Assembly: GCA_010093705.1 (NCBI GenBank)
Contig: MU006091.1
Location: 1-64,000 of the forward strand
DNA length: 64,000 nucleotides
From: Patellaria atrata CBS 101060
Lineage: Eukaryota
Direction: 5' to 3'
Below, in pieces: positions 47,893-60,431 of the stretch. The notes below the pieces were generated by a model. That model did not search any database. It was given only the letters and a program-made list of their open reading frames with translations, and was not told the DNA's origin. Numbering within the stretch: the first letter of the stretch is position 1; each line of letters starts with the position of its first letter. The translations under genes and the position numbers were made by a program.

Positions 47893-50800
47893 ATGTTTTC
47901 AAGACATCGACATCGGTCGTATTCCAATCCAGTAAGCAAGCATCCTTCCTCACAGTCAAGTCGTACAATTCGTTGTCTATCATGCTAACGGACGCGCCTC
48001 TGTTCCCACAGCCCAAGAATACTACCCCAAACTCTAACGCCGCTCTTGCCGCAAGTCAAGCATTTCTAAAAGACCGCGCTTCTAATGCCTCCCTATCAAA
48101 TGCAGCCGCCACCGCGGCCCTGCGGTCCTTTACTACCTCACCAACCGCCGTTGCTGATATTCAGACAAAACGCATGATAAGACGCGGGTCAACGTCCTCG
48201 CAAGGTTCTGCTGATGCTCGCGGTCAGTCGAACAGAGGTTTAGTGCGTCAAAGTAGCTCTGGATCGATGACTGAGAGGACCTTCCGCTCTCCATCACCCA
48301 ATCGAAAAGGGAGCCCTTCGATAGACCCAAACGCTCCTCCTGTACCCGCCATACCAAAGAATGTGCCTAGTAAGTCTCATCGTCGTACCGCAAGCTTAGA
48401 ACCACCATTCAGAGTTACATCTCCGGGCCCGAAGAAGCAAGGTGGGCGGGGAGTGAGTGTGGACAGGGGCACAATCCAGATGCACGCTGCACGTGTAACC
48501 AATCTGTCTCAAGTACCCGAGGTTGACCGGGAGAATAGCCAGCGATCAATCAATTTCTCGCGCCCTATTTCACCACAGAGTAGCTCTCCATCTCCAGTTA
48601 GTCCTAGACAGAACCAGAAAGGGGGATGGTTTTCTTCTCCAGCGGTGTCCGATCAGCCACCTAGGGCAGGTCCGCCGGGTCCTCCGCAACCTAATGGGGG
48701 TATCTTAGCTGTTGACACGTCAAATTCGGGACAGGAAGTAATAAATGCCGCCGAGAAACCTGTAACGAAAAAGAAGAAGAAGGCTGTAGATGGAATACCC
48801 GGAAGTCACCTGGCCGAGGGCCACCTGGCTGGTAAACCCAGAGGTACAGCTTTGGAGAGTACTACAGGAGCACAATCGCAACGGCCGATGTCGCCGTCGA
48901 AAGATTTAACTCTTCAAGGCTCTAGGCATGCCATCAAACCAGCCCTCAGACCTACAAGTCCGGTGGAACGCCCTCAAAGCCCTGACACTGATCGCCCTCG
49001 AGGATTTCAAACGCGAGCTGCTGGTCTACTTTTCAAACAACCGTCAACAGTGCGCGAAGATCGAGAACGTGAGGAGTTGGAGGACAATATCACGAGTGCG
49101 AACACGAGCCGGAAGATTGATGGCCTGTCGACATCTACCAACTCGGAAGTAACCCACTCAACTCCACTAAAATCGGTATCAGCCCAAGCTCCTAACGGCC
49201 GTCAACCAGACACTCAAGTCGTTACCCCCGCATCAAAAGGTCCTGCTTCTGCACTTCGTCCTTCTACTAGTAAGGGAAGCGTGCGTAGCGAGAGACCCGC
49301 CTCATTGAGTCCAGCTAGAGCAGCACATTTCGCTGAAGCAGTACTAGAGTTACCGGGCGTCATTCACCACCCACCTCCAAGGTCTATTTCCCCTGCAAAA
49401 TCTGCCTTGAAGTACTCACCATCGTCGTCCAGCAGGACAGCATCACCTGTCACTGGTTTCGGAGTAGGACGTGGTCGCCAGGGTTCCATAGATGCGTCTT
49501 CAGATGATGGGACAAGGATAGGACCCAAGAAGAAGAAGAATGTTAGAGTCAGTTTCGATGAGGTGACTACAATGCAAAGTGTTCCCGATGTTCCAGGTTC
49601 TCTTGGTTCCAACCATTCCGCAACTTTGGGAAACGCAGCGGAAGACGACTATGAAAATGAAGGAATGAAACCCAGGCCTGCACTACCATCTTTTGGAAGT
49701 ATACGAGGAAGAAGCACGCGTGAAGAGGAATCTGCTCCAGAGAAAGTGACTGAGACGATACCCTCGTCCATGTCAACATCTGCAAGTACATTGCCTGATC
49801 GGACTGGCGCATCTAACGACCATGCTCTTGCTAGAATTATTACGCAAGATTTTACTGCAAAGCAAGAAGGTCAAACGCAGCAGCATAGCAATGAACCATT
49901 ACCTCCCGAAGTCACTTCCGTTGAGGGCTCAGGCTATGTTTCGGATACAGATAGCGCTTATAGTGATGAAAATGTTGCTGTTCCTGTAGCAAAACCTGCA
50001 ACTGAGCTTGCACCCGTGGAAGCTCAAGAGACCACCTCTCAAGTACTCGCTACTGAGCACAAAGAGCACCAGCTTCCTGGGATAGATGAACATATGGTGC
50101 CTACACTTTCTATACAGCCGCCAACCCCTGCTCCTGAAGAGCGGATTCACGAGCTAACTTTTACGATGCCGGGCGGCTTCCCGGACTTTTCCCCGGAGTG
50201 GGATAAGGAATCTATTTCAGACAAAAATAGTGCTATACGCAAAGGACCAAGTTTGGATACGCCATCAGCCGCGAAATCTACCACCATGGAGACCCCCGTA
50301 GCGCCAAAGTCAACACCATCAATCTCCTTTGGAGCAACGTCAATTCACCAGTATGAACAAGTAAATCAAGACTCCTCTTCCGAAGATGGAGACAGCATAT
50401 ACAGTGACGCGGAAGAAGATTTGTCTCATCTCGATGAGGGAGGTTTTGCTTCGCTCGATGCTATCGTAGAGAGTCCATTGGTTGCACCTGTGCGCCCCTT
50501 TGCTCTCTCGTCTCCTCCGGATAGTCCATCGATAGCTCAGCGGTCACAACGCCTCAATGATACCGATACTTCTCCGGTCGCCTCTAACGAAGATTGGAAT
50601 TTGACAAAGGCATATTGGAATGGATTGAGCGAACAGAAAAGGGAACAAATAGAACGTGAGGCGTCTCCACACTATGAGTCCACCCCAACGAAAAAAATCA
50701 CCGAAACAAAGGCAGTGTCGCCCACCTCTCTTGCGGAGCAACCTACTGTCTTAGCGTCGAAACCCAGGAAGAAGAAACAGCCCCAATCTCGAATTGATAC

Positions 50801-52442
50801 GGAGGAAGTCGTCTCGAACCCTCCTCAACCGGCTCCTGCGAAGACTCGTCAAGCCCAAAAACAACCTCTAAAGTCTAGTATGCGCTCAACCGCAGAGGAA
50901 TCGCGGCCTGAAACGCGCATTAGGAAGTCTATGAGAGGTGCTCCGGATGTTGCTAGATCTAAGGAGCCACCGAGGGGCGAGGCTCACATGCGTCGCTCTA
51001 TGAGGGACGAGGAAGCTTCTCTCTCGCAGAGATCGGACACAACCATGCGCCAGTCAATGAGGAATCACGAAAATGTTCGACGCTCTGTAGGTTCTGCACC
51101 CCAAGGTCTTGCTGCCTCAAGACACGCTATTCAACCTACACCGACGTCTCCAAAGGAACCTAGAGGAGCTTTGCAGAAAAAGAACCTTCCCCCCGCAGCT
51201 GCACTTAAACCATCACTGAAGAACACGGGATCACCAGTAGCCAATAAGAGATCATCAATGCCTCCACTTTCCAGAACATTTTCAAACGATTCATCCGCCT
51301 CGGAAAGTAGTTTCAGGAAGAGACGTAAATCTAGGACTTCAATCGGCGCGGATGGAAGATACGCAATGCGGAGATCAATGAGAGGAGCATCACAACCTTC
51401 GATGTCGATCGATCGGCCGATTTCACCCACACCAACACGGCCAAAGTCGTCTAGATTCAGCGTGCGATCACTATCTCCAATCGGATCTACCACCGGCGGA
51501 GGTGGGATGCGCTCCACAATGCGCGGGTCAATCGACGCAGGACCGACCCTTCGAAATCGTGCACTTCCACCTTCTAAACCGATGTTTGGCGGTTTTGGCA
51601 AAACAAAGGCCAAGTCTGGGCCTTCGAAGTCTTCGGGTGGGTATAGATCACGCTTTGCAGACTCGAGTGATGAAGAGGATGCAAGACCTACTTACAGGAG
51701 CCGTTTCGACGACTCGGATGAGGATGATGATTCCCCTCTCAAACTCACACCTGTAAGGCCTATTCCTCGGCGTCGGGGTGAGGAGGATGGTGATTCTACC
51801 GATCTAGAAGACAGCGATGACGAAACCACTGTTCGTCGAGCAAGGAATATAGAGAAGGCTTCAGCCGTCTCTGGTCTCACGAATGGGAAACCAGCAGGCG
51901 GGGCATTAGCGAGTGGGACCATGCGGACGGATACACAACCTGGAATTAATGACGCTCCTGTCAAGAAAGAAAAGAAGAAGCGCGGTTTCCTGGGTTTTGG
52001 GAAGAAGAAGGGCAAGAAGGAGCCGGGAACTCTCGACATCTCAACTGAATCCGCACGACCAGTGACGCCACAGGGTGAAACTGGCTCGTCGATTACAGCT
52101 GTGAATTCTGCTGGAAAGACCCAGGACTATGGCTCACCCGCATCCCCATCTTCTCCTATTCGCATGCCGAAGCTGCAACGTAGGATTACACCTCAGAACC
52201 AGATGCAACGCATCATGTCGGACACGTGGCCTTTACCCACACCGATTGAGGATGACGGCAGACCCGCGACTAGTGATGGGGCAACGATGTTGGGCAAGGC
52301 TTCACGACCGTCACTGGGGAACCGTAAATCAACGGCGCCGACAGTGATGGGAGACGAGGAAGGCAAACACGTGGCTTATGGGCGAAGCGGGAAGAAGAAG
52401 AAGTTCATGGGATTGAGAAGAGTATTTGGGTTAGATAACTAA
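47893..52442 (+). CDS. Large low-complexity Ser/Pro-rich protein, possibly eisosome Seg1-like
   Basis: Short first exon MFSRHRHRSYSNP (ATG 47893, intron 47932-48011), then a ~1480-codon ORF. N-terminal AALAASQAF..AAATAALR, an RVSF motif, repeated M-R-x-S-M-R units and a polybasic C-terminus KKKKFMGLRRVFG. The gene is well supported; the identity is inferred. Confidence 0.75.
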
Positions 52443-52979
52443 GTTGCCACGAATTGAGTGAAATATATTTGATCGGAGTTTCGAGCTTTGGACAGGGGAA
52501 GGCGGTCGGCAGGAGGTCCAAGTTAGGGAACTACGAGACTGCTGGACCTTATCTTATAATTTTACAACTACTTTATGAGCGTATTTTGCATGTATAAGTA
52601 CTGTCCATTATCATGGAAGACAGAGTTCACATAATAAATAATTAATACTGCTCTTAATATCCTGTTCGTATCAATTAGAAATACCGCAAATTCATTTCAT
52701 GTAACATCATAGACTATAAGACGGCTTCGTCTAGCTAGGACCTCAAATATTGTTATCTTTGAATAGTGAACCGTGGTGTGTGAAAAAAGTATGAGAGGGG
52801 CTATTTTGTGATGTTGATCGGGAGCTAGTTGACCTCATTCGTACTTCGCCAGTTCGCTCCATATATCTACTATTGTACTACAGTATATACCACAGAAAGG
52901 CTATCAATCCGCCGTTTGCCACGATTTCGGATATAAGATATGGAAGTCTATTAGAAACATCTCGTATCAAATATCCACG

Positions 52980-53939
52980 ATGTTCTCTTTCCTCAACCCT
53001 TCCTCACCCTTCGATCCGCCCTCCCGCATCAACCTCTACCTCTCCTCGCCCCTGAAAACCCTGATCCGCCTCTTCCACCTCCTACTCGTCTCCCTCCGCT
53101 CCTCACCCACCCCGTCTAAACACCCCATAAAGGTAGTCTGCATATCGGACACGCACACCCTCACGCAACCGATCCCAGACGGTGACCTCCTCGTTCACGC
53201 CGGCGACCTCACCAACGCCGGCACAACGACAGAGCTACAAACCGCGCTCGACTGGCTCGCCTCGCTCCCGCACGCCCACAAGGTCCTCATCGCCGGCAAC
53301 CACGACACGTACCTCGACCCGCGCTCGCGGGCCACACTGCCCGAGCCCGACCGTGCAGGCCCCCTCGACTGGCACGACTTGCACTACCTCCAGCACGGCG
53401 CCGAGACGCTCACTTTCCCGGACCGCGGGAACAGGAAGCTGAGGGTTTACGGCGCGCCGCAGATTCCGGCGTGCGGGGGGCCGGAGTTCGCGTTCCAGTA
53501 CCCCCGCGGCACGGATGCGTGGTCAGATACGGTTCCCGGGGATGTGGATGTGTTGGTCACGCATACCCCGCCGAAGTGGCATCGGGACCTCCCTACCGGG
53601 CTGGGGTGTGAGTGGTTGCTGAAGGAGGTGTGGCGGGTCAGGCCACGGTTGCATGTTTGTGGGCATGTGCATGTTGCGGCTGGATGGGAGGTGTTGTGGT
53701 GGGATGAGGCGCAGAGGGCTTACGAGAGGGGATGCGAGAGGAAGGATGGGTTTTTTAGGAGCTTTGTAGATTTTTTGGGGGTCGGGGAGTTGGTGAGGGT
53801 GGTGGTTTATGGGGTTAGAGGTGTGGTTTGGGATAGAGTCTGGGGAGGGGAGGGGAAGAGTTGTGTTTTGGTTAATGCGGCGTTGATGTATCAAAATACT
53901 GGACGGTTGGGGAATGAGCCTCAGGTGGTGGAAATTTGA
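52980..53939 (+). CDS. Calcineurin-like metallophosphoesterase (MPPED-like)
   Basis: VVCISDTH, HAGDLT, IAGNHD, LVTHTPP and HVCGHVH motifs. Confidence 0.92.
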   Translation: MFSFLNPSSPFDPPSRINLYLSSPLKTLIRLFHLLLVSLRSSPTPSKHPIKVVCISDTHTLTQPIPDGDLLVHAGDLTNAGTTTELQTALDWLASLPHAHKVLIAGNHDTYLDPRSRATLPEPDRAGPLDWHDLHYLQHGAETLTFPDRGNRKLRVYGAPQIPACGGPEFAFQYPRGTDAWSDTVPGDVDVLVTHTPPKWHRDLPTGLGCEWLLKEVWRVRPRLHVCGHVHVAAGWEVLWWDEAQRAYERGCERKDGFFRSFVDFLGVGELVRVVVYGVRGVVWDRVWGGEGKSCVLVNAALMYQNTGRLGNEPQVVEI

Positions 53940-55224
53940 GGAATGGGAATCATGGTTATGGAATAGAAATGCTCCTGATTATTTTTGGGGGGCTATGTTT
54001 TGAGTTTAACCCAAGGTGAGTTCACTTCCTCCAGTCTATACTGACTTCTCTCTAAATGCAATTAGACTGATAGTAATCGGTTCAATGGACAATTTTGAGA
54101 AACGTGTAGGACATATCCTAGTGTGCCTGTCAATTCTTCTTAAGATTGGAAAGATTTATGAATCTAAGAGTAGGAAGGAGGTCATGCCATTTTCAATCTT
54201 CATCTATGCTCTATTAGGATAGGGGTAAGGATGAAGTTCAGAATATACCGATGAAGGGCATTATTAGCTACCTAACTAGTACTAGCTTGTCGAATGTCAC
54301 CGTTCTTGATATGTATATTATATATACCGGTAAGCAAATACATCTGATTATACCTCTTCTAAGCGGGGCGATAGGCCGTTTAGTCGCTATCAAGCTTCAC
54401 AGGGCTGATGATAACGGTGGCTTCCAACTGAGCAGAAGCGGTCCGGCTAACCCCTCGATCTTGTAAGCAGGGCTAGGTATCAGGGTATACTCCATTGAAG
54501 TACGTACCTTACCTCTGTCTCTTGCGTATCTTCAGAATATCTGTGTCCAGCGCCTAGGTAAGACGCTATCATGCGTGGGATATTCTCAAAGTTAAATAGA
54601 TGTAAGAGACTCAGCTGTGGCCTCTGATTGCATCTTCAGAGAATATGAGAGTAAAGACATAGTGAAGTAACATGGCAATGGCCGCATGATGGCGCAAGGA
54701 GCGGCAGATGTGAGAAATAGTCTGACGTTGGTATTGGATGGGTATGATATGTATAATGCATTGTTGTATTGCTTTCCCAAGTGTATGCCATGCACGTTTC
54801 CCCTCAACTCGCACGTCTCCGGTTTCCTAGCTCTTAAGCTTATCATCATTCGTACCTGTGATGTAAGATGTCATATTTGTGATGAAGAGTGAATGAGTCT
54901 ATACCAAGTTGATATGTATGATCCCTTTGACCATAACTGCGGGGCTTCATCTTCACTCAATTTACAGTACAAGCAAGAACGCAAACAAACACAGCAAACC
55001 CCCACCTCCAAAATCCATTTCAATACCCCACCACCACTTCCATCATCACCGCGCAGAAACTCAAAATACTTCCCTGCCACTCATCTCTTACTGGAATTCC
55101 TATCTATCTCATCCTCACTTTCGTTCCCTTCAACTTCGCGCAAAATCTTTCGTCGCAGCTGTCTAGAACTACCCATTCAACCCAGCAACAGAGATCTGGA
55201 AATCGTCCACAAATATTAGTAAAC

Positions 55225-56016
55225 ATGTCCTGGCAACGTAAGTACTGAGCCGTGAGCCGGCTAATCGCAACCCTCTAGAAGGCTCATGTAACTGAAAATC
55301 TTTACCAATAGAATATGTCGATCAAAGGTACAAATATCCCCTTTCGGTGGTCTAGTTCCACGCGTCAAAGTTCCAGATATTAACATATCATCAGCCTCGT
55401 TGGCTCCGGCAATGTTGACAAGGCCGCCATCTTCAATTCTGAGGGCAACTCTGTCTGGGCTACCTCGCCCGGATTCCAGGTGAGTTGATCCTTATCTCGA
55501 TCGATAATGGGCTTGACATGGGCGAGAATCCATAAAAAAAAAAGCAGGAGTGGAATGATTAATAGGCAAACGCGAACATTAGAAGGAGGATGCTAATATA
55601 CACACCAGGTCTCTCCGAAGGAGATGGAGGAGATCGTAGCCGCGTACAACGACAAGGGCGATGATACCGGCGTGAAGCAAGTTCAGAGCACCGGCCTCCA
55701 TGTCGCCGGCGAGCGTTTCGTCGTATTGAAAGCCGACGAGAGGAGTCTATACGGTAAAAAGGTCAGATTCTTCTACCGAGTTTTTAGTCGCTTCTCTTCA
55801 GCACTTGAGATACTTCCCTTTAATCACCCTGTTACACGAAACTTCCGATCTTTTTATCTTCCGGGTGTTCACACATTGCAGGGCAAGGAAGGCATTGTCA
55901 TCGTCAAGACCACACAAGCCATCCTCGTAACCCATTACCCCGAACACGTCCAACCAGGTTCCGCCGCGAACACTGTCGAGCAGCTCGGAGACTATCTCAT
56001 CAGCGTCGGGTACTAG
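55225..56016 (+). CDS. PFY1: Profilin
   Basis: MSWQQYVDQSLVGSGNVDKAAIF..WATSPGF..GERFVVLKADERSLYGKKGKEGIVIVKTTQAILV..VEQLGDYLISVGY; four introns. Confidence 0.95.
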
Positions 56017-56510
56017 CTTCTACATATAGCGTTGGATTGGCATGGTTCAAGAACTTCAATTCAGATCACGACGTTTAATGAGTTGTACGTTACAGGTTTA
56101 CATTATCTTGCATAGGATGGCTTTCATGATCATATTGCGATTGGGAGGATGGTAACAAAGAGGGTTCAGTATGCTTCATGTCACTAGGATGAACTTGTAG
56201 GTGTATCCTGGAATGAAGCTGAACTGAAGGACTGTTGAATGAATCTGATTCATACGCATGTCTGAATCATACACATACATGCGTCATATCGTGAATATCT
56301 CAGTGTCGGCATAGTCGAAGCCATCAATGGAGATTCAGAAAAAATGACACGTTTATAGGATTATATGGTCCAGAAATGTTAACCAACGCCAGGTATGCTA
56401 TGATATCTCGTCACTGACTCCAATACATCACTGATGACAGAATCCAACGTATCTCATATCTACAAACCCAATTCCAACCCTAACGTCACCCCCTTCTCTT
56501 CTCTTGCACC

Positions 56511-58690
56511 CTAAACGGCAATTTCCTGCAACCTCCCTACAACCTCTCTGTAAAACCCCCTGGCCAATTCCGCCCCTACAGCCTCCTCCCTCTCGTCCTT
56601 CTCCTCATGAATACCAAAAGCCGTCGGGCCCTCCAAGCACGACCAAATGACCTCCCGCACCTTATTCCCGACAAAGCTCTTGACGTGGCCCAAGAACCTG
56701 GCCTCGCCCAGCAAGCGCTGGCGCACCTTGATCGTCACGCTCGGGCGCGCCGAGCCGACGTCCGGGATCTCCAGGATCCGGTCGATGGGCTGCCAGTACG
56801 CGATCTCGAGCAAGATGACACCCAGAGAGTAGATGTCGTACGTCTTGCGGAAGTTGGTCTGCGGGTAATACGGCGTGCCGGAGGTCGGGCTCATCGGCGG
56901 CGACGACGACGACGAAGTCGCGTACAGCCTGTTCCCCTCGGCCGGGTTGTGCGGGCTGTACGGCGCCATGTCCATGGCGCCGGAGCCGTGGACGCGCGGG
57001 TGCCGGTACAGATCGTATGCCGCGTTCTCCGGCGGCTTCTCCGTCATGTCTTCGTTGGCGGCGGGCCGGGAGTAGTCGAAGCCGCCGATGAGCGGGGCCG
57101 CGAAGTCGATGTCGACGTCTGGGTCGCTGCTGTTGCCGCTGTCGGCGAAGAAGAGGATGTTGTGGCTGCGCAAGCCCTTGTGCAGCCAGTTGACGGCGTG
57201 GAGGCGCTCGATGGCCTCGGCGATGCGCCGCATGAGCGCGATGCGGTCCGTCAGTGAGGGCGTCTCGAGCTTGGGGTCGCGCAGGAGCTCGAGTAGGGAG
57301 CTGGGCCGCGTCGAGTGAGGCACCGAGGCCGGCTTTTCGAAAACGAGGCCGAAACGGAAACGGTCATCGCCGGCTGGGTCGGTGTCGCGGAAGAAGCCGA
57401 CGCAGTGGGGCGCTGGGAACATATCTTTGCGGTTGTTCTCTTTGAGGAGGGCGGTGAGGGCCTTCACACGCTCGAGGACCTTGGGGTGCGGCTCGCCGCT
57501 GAAATTGAGGGGTTCGTAGGTGCTCCATTCGATCCAGACGTGTTGTCTCCTTTTGGAACCGGGGGCGTGGTAGATCGCTTCGGTCCGGGTTGTCTCTTGG
57601 AGGCTGTCGTCTGGGTCTGCGTTGTCGAGCAGGTGGATGTCGTTGCGTCTGAGTTCTACCGAATTGTATATCTCTTCCGCTGAGTGTTGAAGCTTGAGGT
57701 TCAAGGCCGTATCCTCCGTCAACGTACATGAGTCGGTCGCTGAAATGAGAGCTTTGAATTGTGCGAGTTGCGCGAGTGTTGGCATTTTGACGGATTTTTC
57801 ATCTTTGATGTCAGTGGAATCGTCCAGATTGCGGGCTTGAAGAAACGCGCGGAGAGGATTTGTAGCATTTCTCCTGGAAGAGGATGCTGCATGGGCTAAA
57901 GCAAGGAGAGCCCCGGCATCAACAATCTGGACGAGGTGGTCTATCTTGCTGTTGAGCTGGATGATTTGATACTCTGTTCGTGTCTGCTTGTCTGCTAGTT
58001 TCTCGAGTTGCTGGTTGTTAAGTAATTCCATCATGAAGTCATTAAGAGCAGAGAGCTTTATGAGCAGAGCCTCGACCTTTTGCTTGTCCCAACTCGCCCA
58101 TTTCAAACGCTTTGGATACTTTCTAGTCGCATCCATCAAGTCCAAAGATCTCATGAAAAGTGTTTCCGACTGCGGAAATCGCTTCTGAAGATTGGTCTCA
58201 CTCCTTGAAAGACCAGAATTTACCGTATCTGGGGACGTCGGTGAGTCTGGTTTAACTGCCGAGTAGGCCGGAGGGTCATCGGCATGAGTATTGCTGACGT
58301 TGTAGACGTCGCTATCGTCCGTCAGGAGCGGCTTTCGTAGCGGCTTATACTTCTCGTCGTATTTGCCAAACCGATTTACGAGCTGCTCCTTCTGATGTAA
58401 CACATCAAGCAATAAGCTCTTGCTCGCGTTGCTGATGAGTAAGTCGTCTTCATTTTCACTGAGGTTCGCAACATGAGCCCAGTCCAGAAGCCTATACTGC
58501 TCCGTCTTCATTCGCACACGTAGGTATTGGAACTCCTTCGGCATGCCACGGGCATCTGATAAAAGCTGGTATCCTGTAGATAGTGAGAATCGTATTACAA
58601 CAAAGCGGAAATCCACTCACCCTTCACACATCCCGAAAATACTTGAAATGTAAGGGAGACAGCTCCCAGGATCATACTAGCTGGATCCAT
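56511..58690 (-). CDS. HeLo (prion-inhibition) domain + protein kinase-like domain protein
   Basis: Hydrophobic N-terminal helix MDPASMILGAVSLTFQVFSGCVKG (intron 58620-58574), LRVRMKTEQYRLLDWA and RLKWASWDKQK..L..LNDFM. Kinase-like C-half with LHAVNWLHKGLRSHNILFF, GFDYSRP, YRHP and DIYSLGVILLEIAYW. Confidence 0.9.
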
Positions 58691-60431
58691 AATTGGGGTA
58701 AGATAATAGAGTATACGAACAGAAATGGCGACACGGGAAGATGCAAATTTCAATCAAAGTTCGACTATAGTACATACCTTTTATCCCATCACAGATGGAA
58801 CGATGAAATATTTGAAGTAGAAGCTCGACGAGGCTTGTGCAAAGTCGCGGTCACATCAAGCGCCAGGGAGGCTGAAACTCAGCCCCCAGTGGAGAAAAAG
58901 CCTTACCTACCATCAGCATTCATTCTAAAATTCTGTTGTCACTGCCAGCTAGTCCGCTCAGCCCTCTCGTAACATATTCTCAAAGGCAATAAATGTCAGA
59001 TACTCTATTCTGCCTTGATGGTTTGGCGTTTCACGGTGAACTGAACTTGCAGAGCTTCGTGGTTATCACTTTGCTTCCATTCCATTTGGTTGCCCCCTAC
59101 CTGAGGTGTGATCTTCTTGCACCGCCACATTGCGCCACTATCGGTACGGCCAACTTCCATTCACATCGGATTACTTGAAGATAGAAATATTAAAGACAAC
59201 ATGAGCCCGTATATTTCAATGTAATGATGTCTATATGACAAAGTCATGCTTCTAGTGTATTGTACTTATATGGGTATATGTATTACTCCTCGCATCCCCG
59301 CACTATAGCGAGATGTGAGATGAGAAAAAATGCCCGACCATTGAATGGTAAGAAAAGAGGAAAAAGCTACATCAAGAGAAAGCACGTTGTTACGTATCCT
59401 GAGACCAATATCTGCTGTTCGAGTTAGGGTGGACCTGGCGATATGCTCAAGACCTAAACTCAAAACTAAAAATGAACAGACGACGGTAAAATGATATTGA
59501 GAAGCAACGAAAATAGGAAATCAAAATATTAGGAAAGTTTTGATATTTTCTAATATTTCCTCTGCAAGCTAACATAGGACGAGTGAGATCTGAGAGCCGT
59601 AGTGGCGGTCGTTGAATCGATCGTGCATCTCGTCCTAGCTAGTTATCGTAAGTCATGAGCCCTAAAAGTACACCATATCGCCTTAATCGGGAAAAGGTAC
59701 CGCCTAATCAGATGAGTAGACTGGAGCATTAAGTGCAGGGTATTTGTACATGGGGGGAAACGGTAAAGAAAGGGGCCAGCCACGGTTGTTGCATCCATCG
59801 AGCATTGAAGATCTTTCTCCGGTTACGTCCATATCGTGAAAATAATCAGCAATCGCCTCTGCTAAACACTGACTGTGTTTGCAACTTTCAGCAGGCGTCT
59901 TTACCAAGAGTTTCGTTATTCCTATACTCCCTTTGCTGTGTAGACCAACTGTGTTAACACTTTGAAAATGATCGCATGAAATCTAAAGTTGTTGTGCTTT
60001 AGCAGCAGTGAATCTCTCCAGAGCAGTTATAAAAGACAGGCTTTAGAGGGTGAAAGATGTGGACCTGAGCCACACACCTGCAGCAGTTTAATAGGACCGA
60101 ACATCAACTGATTCGGAATATTCCACTGCAGGAAATCGATCTTTGAGGTATCAGGGCAAATCATGGGACTATCAAGTTGAAGGTTAGCAAGGATTCCTTA
60201 CTTTATTTTGGGTTGCCATAGTCTCCTGGGCGCTAGTCGTGACCTTGGGACCTTGAGATACGGAAGGGCTAGCCTTGGGACCATGTAGGCTCTTATCGAG
60301 CTGATCCGAAGCTAACGTGAGATGTCCTGCGCAGAGACCTGATGCTGCAACGTTATTGATCGCAAATCAGGGACTGATTAGTATTTACCTGGGAACATTC
60401 GATGCTCTCTTTTCTGTCAGTGCGATAGGTA

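Noticed and set aside
52980..53939. Strong C-rich to G/T-rich shift along the metallophosphoesterase gene
   Set aside because: The same 5'-to-3' skew appears in other genes here (MFS, HeLo-kinase), so it is a general compositional trend and not evidence of chimerism or HGT.
56607..57729. Long antisense and alternative-frame ORFs over the HeLo-kinase gene
   Set aside because: Explained by the high GC3 of the real gene, which suppresses stop codons in other frames.
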